The position numbers were made by a program, and so were the translations under genes. Of a stretch of 64,000 nt of DNA, positions 1 to 9,489 are shown in pieces. This DNA is from Longimicrobiales bacterium (GTDB lineage: Bacteria > Gemmatimonadota > Gemmatimonadetes > Longimicrobiales > Gaopeijiaceae): positions 544,001 to 608,000 of the forward strand of contig JAWLHJ010000001.1 in NCBI GenBank assembly GCA_041690395.1, written 5' to 3'. Below the pieces are notes generated by a model. The model had not been told where the DNA came from, did no database searches, and worked only from the letters and a program-made list of their open reading frames with translations. Every line of letters begins with the position of its first letter. Positions within the stretch are counted from its first letter, which is position 1.

Positions 1-1103
1 TCCAGCCCCAGGAGCACGCCGCCCTCCGAGAAGCCGTCGTAGAGGGCCTGTTCCGGGGGCGGGATGCGATCGCGGGAGGCCAGGGCGTCGTCCGCGGCCT
101 CGTCCATTTCGCGGGTGACCTCGGCCTCGATCTCGGTGAGCGTGTCGTCGTCGACACCCCGGCTCCGGAGGTACGACTCGAACATCCCGACGGGGTCGCG
201 GCGGCCCCAGTGCTCGAAGAGCTCGGCCGGGAACGTGTCACGCGCCTCGCGCTCGTCGTGGGTCGCGTGCCCGCCCATCCGGAACGTGTCGACCACGATC
301 GCGGCCGGCCCCTTGCCGACGCGGCAGCGCGCGACGGCGAGCCGGGTGGCCGCGTACACGTCGAGCACATTGTTTCCGTCGCACGACCAGGCTTCGATGC
401 CATACATCGCCGGCCACGCGTGCAGGTCGCCGGCGCTGTGCTCCTCGAGTCGGGTGCCGAGCGCCACCTGGTTGTTCTGGATGACGAAGATCGCCGGGAG
501 ATCGAGAACCGCCGCGAGGTTGAGCCCCTCGTGGCAGGCCGCCGTCTTGGTGGCGCCGTCGCCGACCCAGGTCATGGCAACGCGCGTCTCACCCCGGGTC
601 TTGAACGCCATCGCGACTCCGGCGACCACGTCGACGCTCGTGCCCATATGGCTGATCGGCTGGATGACGCCCTTGGAGAGATCGCCGATATGGAGATCGC
701 GTCCCCGGCTCGGGGAGTCCGATGTGGCCAGATACCCCCGGAACATGTCGGCGAGCGACATCCCCATCATGTGCAGGGCCCCGGCGTTCCGGATCATCGG
801 GCTGACCATGTCGCGCTCCGGGTCGAGCGCGCGGACCGTGCCCACGGTCACCGCTTCCTCGCCGGTGCCGAGCCATGCCTTCGAGATCACGCCCGTGCGC
901 ACCCAGCGCTTCAGCCCGATGTCGTGCAGGCGCGTGCGCAGGAGGTCCCGGTACAGCGAGAGGAGATCGGCCTCGGCGAGGCTCTCGACGATCTCGCGCC
1001 GGTCGGCGTCGCGCTCGATGGTCTCGACGTACTCCCGGAGCAGATCCGGGCTCGGAGCCCACTCGAGGTACTCGGGCGGGTCGAAGGCGGGATAACGTTT
1101 CAT
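1..1103 (-). CDS. Thiamine-pyrophosphate-dependent 2-oxoacid dehydrogenase E1 alpha subunit (3' end outside window)
   Basis: Absent from the ORF track; translated by hand from ATG at 1103: MKRYPAFDPPEYLEW...KAWLGTGEEAV...WVGDGATKT...EGLNLAAV...FVIQNNQVALG. GDG...NN is the TPP-binding motif. The frame appears open to position 1. Confidence 0.88.
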   Translation of the reverse strand, partial: MKRYPAFDPPEYLEWAPSPDLLREYVETIERDADRREIVESLAEADLLSLYRDLLRTRLHDIGLKRWVRTGVISKAWLGTGEEAVTVGTVRALDPERDMVSPMIRNAGALHMMGMSLADMFRGYLATSDSPSRGRDLHIGDLSKGVIQPISHMGTSVDVVAGVAMAFKTRGETRVAMTWVGDGATKTAACHEGLNLAAVLDLPAIFVIQNNQVALGTRLEEHSAGDLHAWPAMYGIEAWSCDGNNVLDVYAATRLAVARCRVGKGPAAIVVDTFRMGGHATHDEREARDTFPAELFEHWGRRDPVGMFESYLRSRGVDDDTLTEIEAEVTREMDEAADDALASRDRIPPPEQALYDGFSEGGVLLGL

Positions 1104-1109
1104 GCGGCC

Positions 1110-1115
1110 AAGATA
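1110..1115 (-). promoter_or_regulatory. Putative -10 box (TATCTT) 6 nt before the ATG; leaderless transcript of the E1 gene
   Basis: Minus strand reads TATCTT-GGCCGC-ATG with no Shine-Dalgarno. The same layout occurs at several other genes in the window. Confidence 0.5.
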
Positions 1116-1134
1116 AGCAACGGCCAACACAAAC

Positions 1135-1248
1135 AAAAAAAAGGCGGGGGAGCCGCAAGGCCCGGGCTGTAACACCCACCCCCCCTAGGGTGGCTGCCCG
1201 CAACGCTTACGTCTCGCCCCGCCGCGGCGTTCGCCGCTCACGTGCCGC
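1135..1248 (-). ncRNA. Candidate structured small RNA of unknown family ending in a U8 tract
   Basis: Minus strand: GTGACG-N17-TATATA promoter-like element (1283-1255), short hairpin GCGGC-GAAC-GCCGC (1237-1224), ~80-nt imperfect hairpin (1223-1143) closed by GGCGGGG/CCCCGCC, then 8 T (1142-1135). Confidence 0.5.
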
Positions 1249-1392
1249 ACGTCGTATATACCTGTCGAGGGGGCGGTCGTCACGCTCAAATCGGTACGTT
1301 ACGAAAACTCGTCCCCAACGCGCGTTGCACGGGCCCGCCCCTCCGCCGACATTAACGGCCCGTGCTCCCTCAACCCTTCCAGCGGTGCGCCG

Positions 1393-2019
1393 GTGTCCAA
1401 CCCCCCCACGAGTCAGGTGCCCGCGAACGGTCAGCGTCGGCGGATCCACGCGTCGGTGGCCCTCAGACTCCTCGAGGCGCTCCGCGACCGTGATCTGCCC
1501 GCCGAGCTGCTCGAGGACGAGGACCCGAGCCAGACCATGCCGCGGCGCTTCGGGCTGAGCGATGTCGTCGAGCGGCAGATCCGCGCCTTCCAGGAGGACG
1601 CGCGCAAGGGGGCCCGCCTCACCGACGACGAGGTTCGCGATCTCTTCCGCTTCGTGAACCGTCGCCCGGACGGGCGTGAGGTGTTCGAGCACATCGGCCG
1701 CTCTCTGGCGGGTGGAAACGGCTCTCCAGGCTTGGCTCGCCTCCTTCCTGCCGCCGTGCGCTACGCGATCGCCCGGTCACGGGTGCGCAAGCGGCTGAAG
1801 CGTCTGTTCGGGCGGCCCGTCGGCGGATTCGCCCGTGGCCGGTTCATCATCGAAGGTCGTTCCCTGCTCTTCATCGAGAGCGATCCCGGAGGCGACGCCT
1901 GCCACCTGCTGGTCGGCTTCTGCGAGGCCGTTCTCGAACAGGTGTCGGGGGAGACCGTCCCGGTCCGGCACTCGCTCTGTCAGGCCCATGGCCAGGCGTT
2001 GTGTCGTTGGGAGGTCTAG
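1393..2019 (+). CDS. Conserved hypothetical protein with C-terminal V4R-like domain
   Basis: 208-aa ORF. The C-terminus (DACHLLVGFCEAVLEQVSGETVPVRHSLCQAHGQALCRWEV) has the Cys/His pattern of V4R domains. Confidence 0.65.
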   Translation: MSNPPTSQVPANGQRRRIHASVALRLLEALRDRDLPAELLEDEDPSQTMPRRFGLSDVVERQIRAFQEDARKGARLTDDEVRDLFRFVNRRPDGREVFEHIGRSLAGGNGSPGLARLLPAAVRYAIARSRVRKRLKRLFGRPVGGFARGRFIIEGRSLLFIESDPGGDACHLLVGFCEAVLEQVSGETVPVRHSLCQAHGQALCRWEV

Positions 2020-2125
2020 CGACCCGCTCCTAGCAGGTCTCGAAACCCGAGCCGCCACGCGGTGTAGCCGTCGAGCGTCGTGCCGTCCGCCGCCCCCTCC
2101 CCTTCGTCAGACGAGAGCTGCGCAC

Positions 2126-2590
2126 ATGGTCGAGCAGGGATCCCGAGCCCCCGAATTCACGCTTCCCAACGATCAGGGGGGCGACGTGTCCCTGTCCGAT
2201 CTCCGGGGGCGCAACGTCGTGCTGTACTTCTATCCCAAGGACGACACGCCGGGCTGCACCGTGCAGGCGTGCGACTTTCGTGATAAGCTCCCGGACTTCG
2301 ACGGCCTCGACGCCGTCGTTCTGGGCGTGTCCGCCGACTCCATCGAATCGCACCGGGCGTTCCGCGAGAAGCACGGGCTGAACTTCCCCCTTCTCTCGGA
2401 CGAGAGTCACGAGATGCTCGAAGCCTACGGGGTGTGGAAGTCGCATCCCGTGTACGGGATGACGATCGAGCGGAGCACGTTCCTGATCGACGGCAACGGG
2501 ACCGTGCGAGGAGCGTGGCGGGGTGTGGATCCGAAGGGGCATGCGGACATGCTCAAGGATGTTCTGGACGAGATGAATTCTTCAGCCTGA
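2126..2590 (+). CDS. bcp: Thioredoxin-dependent peroxiredoxin (BCP/PrxQ)
   Basis: APEFTL...VVLYFYPKDDTPGCTVQACDFRD...ERSTFLID. Start ATG 2126. Confidence 0.93.
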   Translation: MVEQGSRAPEFTLPNDQGGDVSLSDLRGRNVVLYFYPKDDTPGCTVQACDFRDKLPDFDGLDAVVLGVSADSIESHRAFREKHGLNFPLLSDESHEMLEAYGVWKSHPVYGMTIERSTFLIDGNGTVRGAWRGVDPKGHADMLKDVLDEMNSSA

Positions 2591-2599
2591 CGGGGCGTC

Positions 2600-3445
2600 A
2601 TGGAAATCGTGATCGGGTTGGTGGTGGGCTTCGCAGTCGGCTTCGCTGTAGCCGCCGCTGGGAGGGGATCCCTGCGTGAGAAGGAGCGCGAGGCCGCGCG
2701 GGCGGAGATGGAGCGAGAGCTCTCTGCGCTCGTCGACGCGGTCTCCACGGGTCGCCTGCCGGACGGAAGGTCGGCGACGGGTGTCGCGGGCAAGCTCGTC
2801 ACAGCGCTGGAGCACGGTTGGACGCCGCGGGACGAGGAGCGACGTGCTGCGTTGGCCGACGCAGTCGGGCGTGTCAGCCGCTTCCTGCATCGTCAGGTGA
2901 GGGAGCCTCTCGCCGAGGCCGACGACCGCGCGAACGCAGAGGAGCTTCGGGAGCGGATCGAGCTGGCGCTGGGCGCGCTCGAGGACGTGGACTTCTTCCT
3001 GGCGGAAGCCGGCGAGGAGCCCCGCGGGACCGATCTGGTTCCGCTCGTCCAGCAGGTGTCGCGCGAGTTCGCCGCGGATCACGAAGTGACGGTCCGTCTC
3101 CAGCTGGGCGCGTCGTCGATCCGCGCGTCCGTCGCGCGTGAAGCCCTGATGGACGCCCTCTACCTCGTCCTCCACAACGCCGCCCGGTTCGGCGGCGGAG
3201 CGACGATCGATCTGACGGTCGCCCAGGAAGGAGCGACGCCTTCGATCCGGGTCCGTGACCGTGGGAAGGGCTTCTCGGAAGATGCGTTCAAGCGCGCCTT
3301 CGATCCGTTCTACTCGGAGACGGACGATGGGCTCGGGCTGGGGCTGCCGCACGCCCGCAAGTCCGTCGAGGCGATGGGAGGATCGATCACGCTCCGGAAC
3401 GTCCCGGACGGCGGCGCCGAGGTGGAGATCGGGCTACCCGCCTGA
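2600..3445 (+). CDS. Membrane-anchored histidine-kinase-like protein (HATPase_c domain)
   Basis: N-terminal TM helix. N box (LHNAARF), G1 (DRGKG), F (FDPFY) and G2 (GLGLGL) boxes are present. The H-box is atypical (LHRQVREPL). Confidence 0.8.
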   Translation: MEIVIGLVVGFAVGFAVAAAGRGSLREKEREAARAEMERELSALVDAVSTGRLPDGRSATGVAGKLVTALEHGWTPRDEERRAALADAVGRVSRFLHRQVREPLAEADDRANAEELRERIELALGALEDVDFFLAEAGEEPRGTDLVPLVQQVSREFAADHEVTVRLQLGASSIRASVAREALMDALYLVLHNAARFGGGATIDLTVAQEGATPSIRVRDRGKGFSEDAFKRAFDPFYSETDDGLGLGLPHARKSVEAMGGSITLRNVPDGGAEVEIGLPA

Positions 3446-4378
3446 CCCGGCAGGTCGCCGAACCCGGTCGGCGCCCACGCCAGCCACGCCCACCACGACC
3501 AGGGCTACGCCGACCCAGCCGACCGGGGAGAGTCCCTGGGCCAGCAGGGCCGTCGCGAGCAGCGCGGCCACGACCGGCTCGGCCGCCGAGGTGATGGCCG
3601 CGCGCCCCGCTTCGATCCTGCCGAGCGCATCGAAGAAGAGGAACTGGGCGCCGGCGACCGTCAGTAGCGCGAAGACGGCCAGGAGCGCCCACGCCGCGCC
3701 GGACGGCGGTAGGACCAGCCCGTCGGAGAACATGGGCAAGGTCACGGAGAGCCAGGCGCACGAGCCGACCGCCGTGTAGAGCACCGTGGCCCGGGACCCG
3801 AACCGGGGCGTCGCGTATCGCCCGAACAGCGTATAGCCCGCGTACGCCAGGCCGGCCAGCACCCCCCACACGACGCCCACGCCGCCGAACGCGGGCGTGA
3901 CCTCGTCGGCGCCGAGCACGGTCATCCAGACGCCGATCAGCGTGAGGCCCGCGAGCATCACGCGTCGCCCGCTGGGCCACTCTCCGAGCAGGGGGCCGGA
4001 CACCGCCACGACAACCGCGGGCGCGACGTACACCAGCGCCACCGTCGACGGTACGCCCACGGCGTCGATGGACATCTGGTATGCGAGCTGGAAGAGGCCG
4101 ACGACGGCGCCGCCACCGAGCCCGAGCACGGCGAGTCCCCGTCCGTCCAGACGAAGGGAGCTCGGCCCGCGGGTCGCGAGGAAGAGTCCCGCCAGCATGA
4201 CGGCTCCCAGCGCCGGACGGAGGAGCGCGAGGCTCTGGGGCGGCACGCCGAGGTCGAACAGGAAAACGCTGAAGATACCCGACGAGCCCCACAGCACCGC
4301 GGCGGTCAGCGCTTCCAGGTAACCGACGCTACGCGGATCGACTACGCGGCCTCGGGACGTGTTGGATCCCGGCGTCAC
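3434..4378 (-). CDS. EamA/DMT family transporter
   Basis: About 10 hydrophobic helices; 'AAVLWGSSG' start and 'AEPVVAALLA...L...LS...G' second repeat. Confidence 0.88.
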   Translation of the reverse strand: MTPGSNTSRGRVVDPRSVGYLEALTAAVLWGSSGIFSVFLFDLGVPPQSLALLRPALGAVMLAGLFLATRGPSSLRLDGRGLAVLGLGGGAVVGLFQLAYQMSIDAVGVPSTVALVYVAPAVVVAVSGPLLGEWPSGRRVMLAGLTLIGVWMTVLGADEVTPAFGGVGVVWGVLAGLAYAGYTLFGRYATPRFGSRATVLYTAVGSCAWLSVTLPMFSDGLVLPPSGAAWALLAVFALLTVAGAQFLFFDALGRIEAGRAAITSAAEPVVAALLATALLAQGLSPVGWVGVALVVVGVAGVGADRVRRPAGSGG

Positions 4379-4812
4379 ACGTACCCGTAGACCTGGTACA
4401 GCAGGAGGTAGACGACCAGCCCCGTCACCGAGACGTAGGCCCAGATCGGGAAGGTCCAGCGGGCCAGGCGCGCGTGCTCGGTGAAGCGCTCGTTGTGCGC
4501 GAGGTAGAGCAGGCGGAGCACCAGCGGCACCACGACCACGGCGAGCACCATGTGCGTGAAGAGGATGCCCAGGTAGGCCACCCGGGCCGCGCCGACCCCG
4601 GCGAACTCGTGCGTGCCCGTGAGGAACACCCGGGTCACGTAGAAGACCAAGAAGAGCGCCGATGCGCCGACCGCGGTGAGCATGGCCCGCCGGTGGCGCT
4701 CCCGGTCCTTCCGGCGGATGAAGTAGAGACCCGTGAAGAGCGCGAGAGCGCTCGTCGCGTTGAGGGTCGCGTTCACCGCGGCGAGTGTGTCCCCGAGCTG
4801 GCTCAGCTCCAT
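4375..4812 (-). CDS. DUF420 family membrane protein
   Basis: MELSQLGDTLAAVNATLN...HRRAM...FLVFY...ILFTHMVLA...HARLARWTFPIWAYVSVTG. This family typically lies next to ctaA/cytochrome oxidase genes. Confidence 0.88.
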   Translation of the reverse strand: MELSQLGDTLAAVNATLNATSALALFTGLYFIRRKDRERHRRAMLTAVGASALFLVFYVTRVFLTGTHEFAGVGAARVAYLGILFTHMVLAVVVVPLVLRLLYLAHNERFTEHARLARWTFPIWAYVSVTGLVVYLLLYQVYGYV

Positions 4813-5759
4813 GCCGCCGTGGCGCGCTCGCTGGGCTGAGCGGGTGTCGGAACCTGGGCGGCCGACGTGGTCACGTGCACGAGCACCACGAGCAGGGAAG
4901 CCGCGACCAGTGTGTGCACGGAGACCGGAGCCACGGCCAAGACGGTGAGCACGGACGCGAAGCCGAGCAGCACCTGCGCCACGACGAGCCACGCGGCCAC
5001 GGTGGTCCAGCGGCGGATCCGCTTCGGGACCCCCGCGCGGACGGCCCACACGGCCAGGGCGACGATGGCCGCGGCCGTGACGATGCCCAGGGCCCGGTGC
5101 AGGAAATGGCTCGTGATCAACGGGTTCACGAGCGGTGGAACCACCTGGCCCAGACAGAGCGGGGCGTCCGGGCAGGACATCCCGGCGTCGAGGTGACGCA
5201 CCAGCCCTCCCAGCACCGACTGCGCGAAGACCAGTCCGGCCGTGACGCCCGCGAAGCGCCGGAGCCGGGAGGCCGTACGCTCGGGCATCGAGACGCCTTT
5301 CGGCCGCCACGCGCTCGACGAGGCCAGGACGGTGGCCAGCGACACGAAGATGAAGGCCAGCGAGAGATGCGTGGTCGAGACCGCGGTCGGCAGCTGGTAG
5401 ATGACCGTGATGCCGCCGAAGACCGACTGAAGCAGGAGCAGCCCGAGGCCGGCCAGGCAGGCGCGGAACATCCACGGGCGGTCCGTGACCTCCTTGCGGG
5501 TCAGCCATGTGGCCAGGGCGAACATCAGGACCAACCCGCCGGCCACGAGGCGGTGCAGGTGCTCCCAGAACACGCCGCCCGTCATCTCGGGAACCATGCT
5601 CCCGAAGCAGGTGGGCCAGTCGGGGCAGGCCAGGCTCGACTCGGTCGCGTGCACGACGCTCCCGAGGAAGAGGAGCCCGAGCGTCCAGAATACCGTGACC
5701 ACGAACGCCCTGGGGTGGAGCTCGCGCTCGGCTCCCTGTCGTGTCTCCATCTCGCTCAT
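4803..5759 (-). CDS. ctaA: Heme A synthase (COX15/CtaA)
   Basis: CPDWPTC, EHLHRL, second Cys pair CPDAPLC, HFLHR and further conserved His residues in about 8 TM helices. Confidence 0.88.
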   Translation of the reverse strand: MSEMETRQGAERELHPRAFVVTVFWTLGLLFLGSVVHATESSLACPDWPTCFGSMVPEMTGGVFWEHLHRLVAGGLVLMFALATWLTRKEVTDRPWMFRACLAGLGLLLLQSVFGGITVIYQLPTAVSTTHLSLAFIFVSLATVLASSSAWRPKGVSMPERTASRLRRFAGVTAGLVFAQSVLGGLVRHLDAGMSCPDAPLCLGQVVPPLVNPLITSHFLHRALGIVTAAAIVALAVWAVRAGVPKRIRRWTTVAAWLVVAQVLLGFASVLTVLAVAPVSVHTLVAASLLVVLVHVTTSAAQVPTPAQPSERATAAWS

Positions 5760-5779
5760 CTCGTTAGTCAGCTCGCTCG

Positions 5780-7711
5780 TCAGCTCACGGCTCCCGCCGG
5801 CTCGCGCGGGCGGGAAGGCTCGGGAATGTCGGCCGGCCCGTTCGCGACCTTCTGCCGGTAGATCTCGGCCGACACGACGCCCTTCTCGAGCCACTCGAAC
5901 TCACCGTCCAGGAAGCGGCGCGCCACCGAGTAGCCCTTCGAATCGTCGTTGTCGAAGAGGGTACGGAAGCGGTCCTTGATGCGGCGTCGGGCGCCGCGGC
6001 AGTACAGGTCCGCGAGGGCGTTGGCGCCCGGCGCGTCGACGCCTTTCTCCACGAGCCAGTGTGCGCGGACCACGACGGCGGTCATCACCATGAGCTCCGC
6101 GCCAACGTCGACGATCCGTCCGAGCACCGACTGCCTCTTCTCGAGCGCGGGCCCGAAGCGCACCATGGCGTGGAACGTCGAGCGGGCCAGCTTGCGGGCC
6201 GTGCGCTCCACGAAGCGGAGGTGCGTCGCGAGCGGTCCGAACTGGCTGTAGCGTGGCCAGGCGCTCCATCCCAGGAAGCGGGTCGGATACCACCATGCGT
6301 AGTGGAAGCCGGCGCGCACGGCGGCTTTCATCTTGGCGCCCAGGGACGCGCGCGGGTCCACGAGATCGCCGGCGACCCGGAGATGCGTGTCCACGGCCTC
6401 ACGCGCGATGAAAAGGCGCATGATCTCCGAGGATCCCTCGAAGATCGTGTTGATGCGCATGTCCCGCAGATAACGCTCGATCGGGTACGGGACCTCTCCA
6501 CGAGCCGCGAGCGAATCGTGCGTCTCGTAGCCCCGACCACCCCGGACCTGGAGCGCGTCGTTGATCAGGTCCCAGCCGAGCTCCGTGCCCCACATCTTGG
6601 CGATCGCCGCCTCGAGCCGGATGTCGAACTTGTCCGAGTCGGCCATGAGCGCGGTGAGCTCGACCACCGCCTCGAGGGCGAAGGTGTCCGCCGCCATCTT
6701 CGCGAGCATCTGCGCGATGGCGTCGTGCTGGCCCACGGGACGTCCCCACTGGACCCTGGAGCCCGCCCAGTCACGTGACATCTCGAGGGCGCCCTTCCCG
6801 GCGGCGGCGCAGAACGCCGGCAGCGCCAGGCGTCCGACGTTGAGGGTGATCAGGGCCAGCTTCAGCCCCTTGCCCTCGCCCCAGACGACGTTTTCCCGGG
6901 GGACCTTCACGTCGGTGAAGCGAATGATGCCGTTCGAGAGGCCCCGGAGTCCCATGAAGTGGCACTCACGGACGGTCTCGACGCCTTCCCACTCGGTCTC
7001 GACGACGAAGGCCGTGATCGGCTTCTTCTTGGAGCCCTCGGGCGCGGGGGTGCGGGCCATCACGATGATGATCTCCGCCCGGGGCCCGTTGGTGGTCCAG
7101 AGCTTCTCGCCGTTGAGGATCCAGTGGCTGCCGTCGTCGGAGAGCTCGGCCGTGGTCGCCATGTTGGCGGGGTCGGAGCCGACGTCGGGCTCGGTCAGGG
7201 CGAAGGCCGACAGCGCACCCTTCGCGAGCCTCGGGAGGTAGCGCTTCTTCTGCTCCTCGGTTCCGAACTTCTGGATCGGGCCCGGCACGCCGATGCTCTG
7301 GTGCGCCGAAAGGAAGGCACCCGTCGCGCCGCACCGGGAGGCCACGATCTCGAGCGCCCGGTTGTAGGTCAGCTGGGAGAAGCCGAGCCCGCCGTACTCC
7401 TCGGAGATCTTGATGCCGAACGCGCCCATCTCCGCGAGCCCGTCGAGCACCTCCTGCGGAACCCAACCGTCGCGGTCGTGCGCATCACCGTCGATGTGGT
7501 CACGGGCGAACGCCTCGAGTCGCTCCAGGAACCCGGCGGCGCGTGCCTGCTCGTCCGGATCGGGCTCGGGATGGGGATGGACGAGGCCCAGATCGAAGCG
7601 TCCCTCGAAGAGCGCCCGCGCGAAGCTCTTCTTCTCCCAGTCCTGTTCTCTCGCGCCTTCCGCGACTTCCCTGGACTCGAGCTCCGACGCCAGCTTGTTC
7701 TGTTCGGACAT
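5780..7711 (-). CDS. Acyl-CoA dehydrogenase (long, ACAD9/VLCAD-like)
   Basis: AFALTEPDVGSD, LNGEKLWTTNG, ALQVRGGRGY, RDMRINTIFEGSSEI and a C-terminal extension. GGAGGAG RBS 6 nt before ATG 7711. Confidence 0.93.
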   Translation of the reverse strand: MSEQNKLASELESREVAEGAREQDWEKKSFARALFEGRFDLGLVHPHPEPDPDEQARAAGFLERLEAFARDHIDGDAHDRDGWVPQEVLDGLAEMGAFGIKISEEYGGLGFSQLTYNRALEIVASRCGATGAFLSAHQSIGVPGPIQKFGTEEQKKRYLPRLAKGALSAFALTEPDVGSDPANMATTAELSDDGSHWILNGEKLWTTNGPRAEIIIVMARTPAPEGSKKKPITAFVVETEWEGVETVRECHFMGLRGLSNGIIRFTDVKVPRENVVWGEGKGLKLALITLNVGRLALPAFCAAAGKGALEMSRDWAGSRVQWGRPVGQHDAIAQMLAKMAADTFALEAVVELTALMADSDKFDIRLEAAIAKMWGTELGWDLINDALQVRGGRGYETHDSLAARGEVPYPIERYLRDMRINTIFEGSSEIMRLFIAREAVDTHLRVAGDLVDPRASLGAKMKAAVRAGFHYAWWYPTRFLGWSAWPRYSQFGPLATHLRFVERTARKLARSTFHAMVRFGPALEKRQSVLGRIVDVGAELMVMTAVVVRAHWLVEKGVDAPGANALADLYCRGARRRIKDRFRTLFDNDDSKGYSVARRFLDGEFEWLEKGVVSAEIYRQKVANGPADIPEPSRPREPAGAVS

Positions 7712-7808
7712 AGCCATCTCCTCCGCTCGGACGGGCCCGCTCCACAAGCGCCGGCCCATGCCGGAAATCTAACAAAAGGGATGGCTTTGGGGGCCTCCCG
7801 GGAACCGA

Positions 7809-9038
7809 TCAGCGGGCCGGCGAAGCACCGGCCGGTTGGGCGCACAGGAAGGCCTCGATCTCGTCGGCCCGTCGCTCGGCGTCTTCCTCTCCGATCTCCA
7901 TCAGCGCCCGCAGGAAGTCCGGCTGGAAGAGGATCAGGCTCAGGAAGTCCGGGCTGCGCGTCTGTCGCGTGCCCAGGCCTCGGGTGAGGAAGCGGAACGC
8001 CCGCGGGAGCGTCGCCTCGTAGTCGCCCGCCAGCTTGCCCAGGTCACGGGACGGACGGAGGGTCAGAAGGCTGACGGGCGCGAGCCCTTCGCGGCGCTCG
8101 GGCGGCAGCTGCCGGATGAGCCGGTTGAGCCGCTCGAGCCGTATGGCGTCGTGGTCCAGCAGATCCAGGAAGATCGAGTTGGTCAGCACACCCATCACCT
8201 GCGCCGGCGGCGGATACCCGTGGACGGTGGGCGTCTCCGCTTCCGCGTCCGAGCGGTCGTACCGCGTCGAGATGGCCAGGATTCTGCGGGCGCCCAGGTG
8301 GAGCGCCGGAGAGAGGGGCGCGGTCAGACGTATGCCTCCGTCGCCGTACCACCCGCCGCCGATGCGCACCGCGGGGAAGAAGAGCGGCAGAGCCGCGGAT
8401 CCCATGATGTGCTCGACCCCGATCGTCGTCTTGCGGGAGGTCCGCTGGGGGCGTTCCCATTCCTTGATGTCCGAGCCCTGCACCCAGGTCACGGATTGAC
8501 CCGTCGAGTAGCTCGACGTGCTGATGGCGACGGCCTTCAGGCATCCGTTTTCCAGGTTGTAGCGGATGCCGGTGAGCTCACCGTCCACCGCGTGGAGCAC
8601 TTCCGTCAGGTACTGCCGGAGGGGCTCGGTGTTGACGAGGCCCTTGACCGGATCGTGCGTGCCGGCGCCGCCCGAGACGAGCTGGCGAAGCCAGCGAAGC
8701 CCGTTCACGAAGAGGGTCTTCGAGTCGACCCGGAAGACATCCTCGATGGTGAGGTGCCCCCAGAGATGGCCCAACTCGTCCATCGCCTGGAGGAACGTCC
8801 CGTGGTGCGACGCGAGCAGCGCCGCGTTGATCGCTCCCGCGGACACCCCCGTGACGTACGGGACGCAGAGATCCGGGAAGCGGCGGGCGATCGAGCGTAG
8901 CACGCCGACCTGGTAGGCCGCGCGTGCGCCTCCTCCACCCATCACGATGCCGAGGTCGTCGGGACGTGGGCAGGGCGGTCGGTCGGACGCGGGCTCGAGC
9001 GGCGGCAGCGGAGCCAGTTCTCGGACGGCCGGGGTCAC
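7809..9038 (-). CDS. Patatin-like phospholipase
   Basis: GGGGARAAYQVG, GVSAG nucleophile motif, DGG motif. Confidence 0.92.
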   Translation of the reverse strand: MTPAVRELAPLPPLEPASDRPPCPRPDDLGIVMGGGGARAAYQVGVLRSIARRFPDLCVPYVTGVSAGAINAALLASHHGTFLQAMDELGHLWGHLTIEDVFRVDSKTLFVNGLRWLRQLVSGGAGTHDPVKGLVNTEPLRQYLTEVLHAVDGELTGIRYNLENGCLKAVAISTSSYSTGQSVTWVQGSDIKEWERPQRTSRKTTIGVEHIMGSAALPLFFPAVRIGGGWYGDGGIRLTAPLSPALHLGARRILAISTRYDRSDAEAETPTVHGYPPPAQVMGVLTNSIFLDLLDHDAIRLERLNRLIRQLPPERREGLAPVSLLTLRPSRDLGKLAGDYEATLPRAFRFLTRGLGTRQTRSPDFLSLILFQPDFLRALMEIGEEDAERRADEIEAFLCAQPAGASPAR

Positions 9039-9421
9039 CCGACGATCGGTCTCCCGATCGCGAGAATCCCCGTCGCGACCATCCCCAGGACGATGACCGT
9101 GCCCACCAGGTGCGGCATGTACGTGCGCTCCTCGACGGGGCGGCGCTTCATCACGGCGGACACGACGTGCGCGACCACGACCGCCAGGATCATGGTCACG
9201 ATGTGTCCGCCGAGCTGCGGATAGAACGTGCCCACGAAGAGAGTGGCGAGTCCGAGGAGCGCCGTCAGGTCGATCGACATGACGAAGAGGAACGACAGCA
9301 TGCGCATCGTCTTGTCGTACGGGCGCTTGGTGAGCACGCCGTACGCCGCGTAGCCGATGACCAGGAGCCCTGCGAGCAGCACCAGGTAGCGGAAGCCGGA
9401 ATGAGCTTGGAACAGGATCAT
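9035..9421 (-). CDS. Small four-helix membrane protein, function unknown
   Basis: 128 aa with 4 hydrophobic segments containing His (AHSGFRYLV, GHIVTM, VAHVV). 4-nt overlap with the patatin gene. Confidence 0.7.
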   Translation of the reverse strand: MILFQAHSGFRYLVLLAGLLVIGYAAYGVLTKRPYDKTMRMLSFLFVMSIDLTALLGLATLFVGTFYPQLGGHIVTMILAVVVAHVVSAVMKRRPVEERTYMPHLVGTVIVLGMVATGILAIGRPIVG

Positions 9422-9489
9422 GTGCGCGGGTCCGATGGAGTCGGGCGGAAGGTATGTGGGGTGGCGGGCAAGCGGTTCATGCGGGCCTG

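Noticed and set aside
64..1095. 343-aa plus-strand ORF and other long Arg/Ala/Pro-rich ORFs (e.g. 31721-34831, 19166-21607, 23552-25819, 11656-13908)
   Set aside because: These are antisense or alternate-frame shadows of recognisable genes, expected in high-GC DNA, and carry no motifs.
1135..1350. Identification as SRP RNA, 6S RNA, cobalamin riboswitch or TPP riboswitch
   Set aside because: No SRP helix-8 motif, no CUGAGA TPP core, only a fragmentary resemblance (CTGCCCGCAAC) to the cobalamin element, and no convincing 6S central bubble. Left unassigned.
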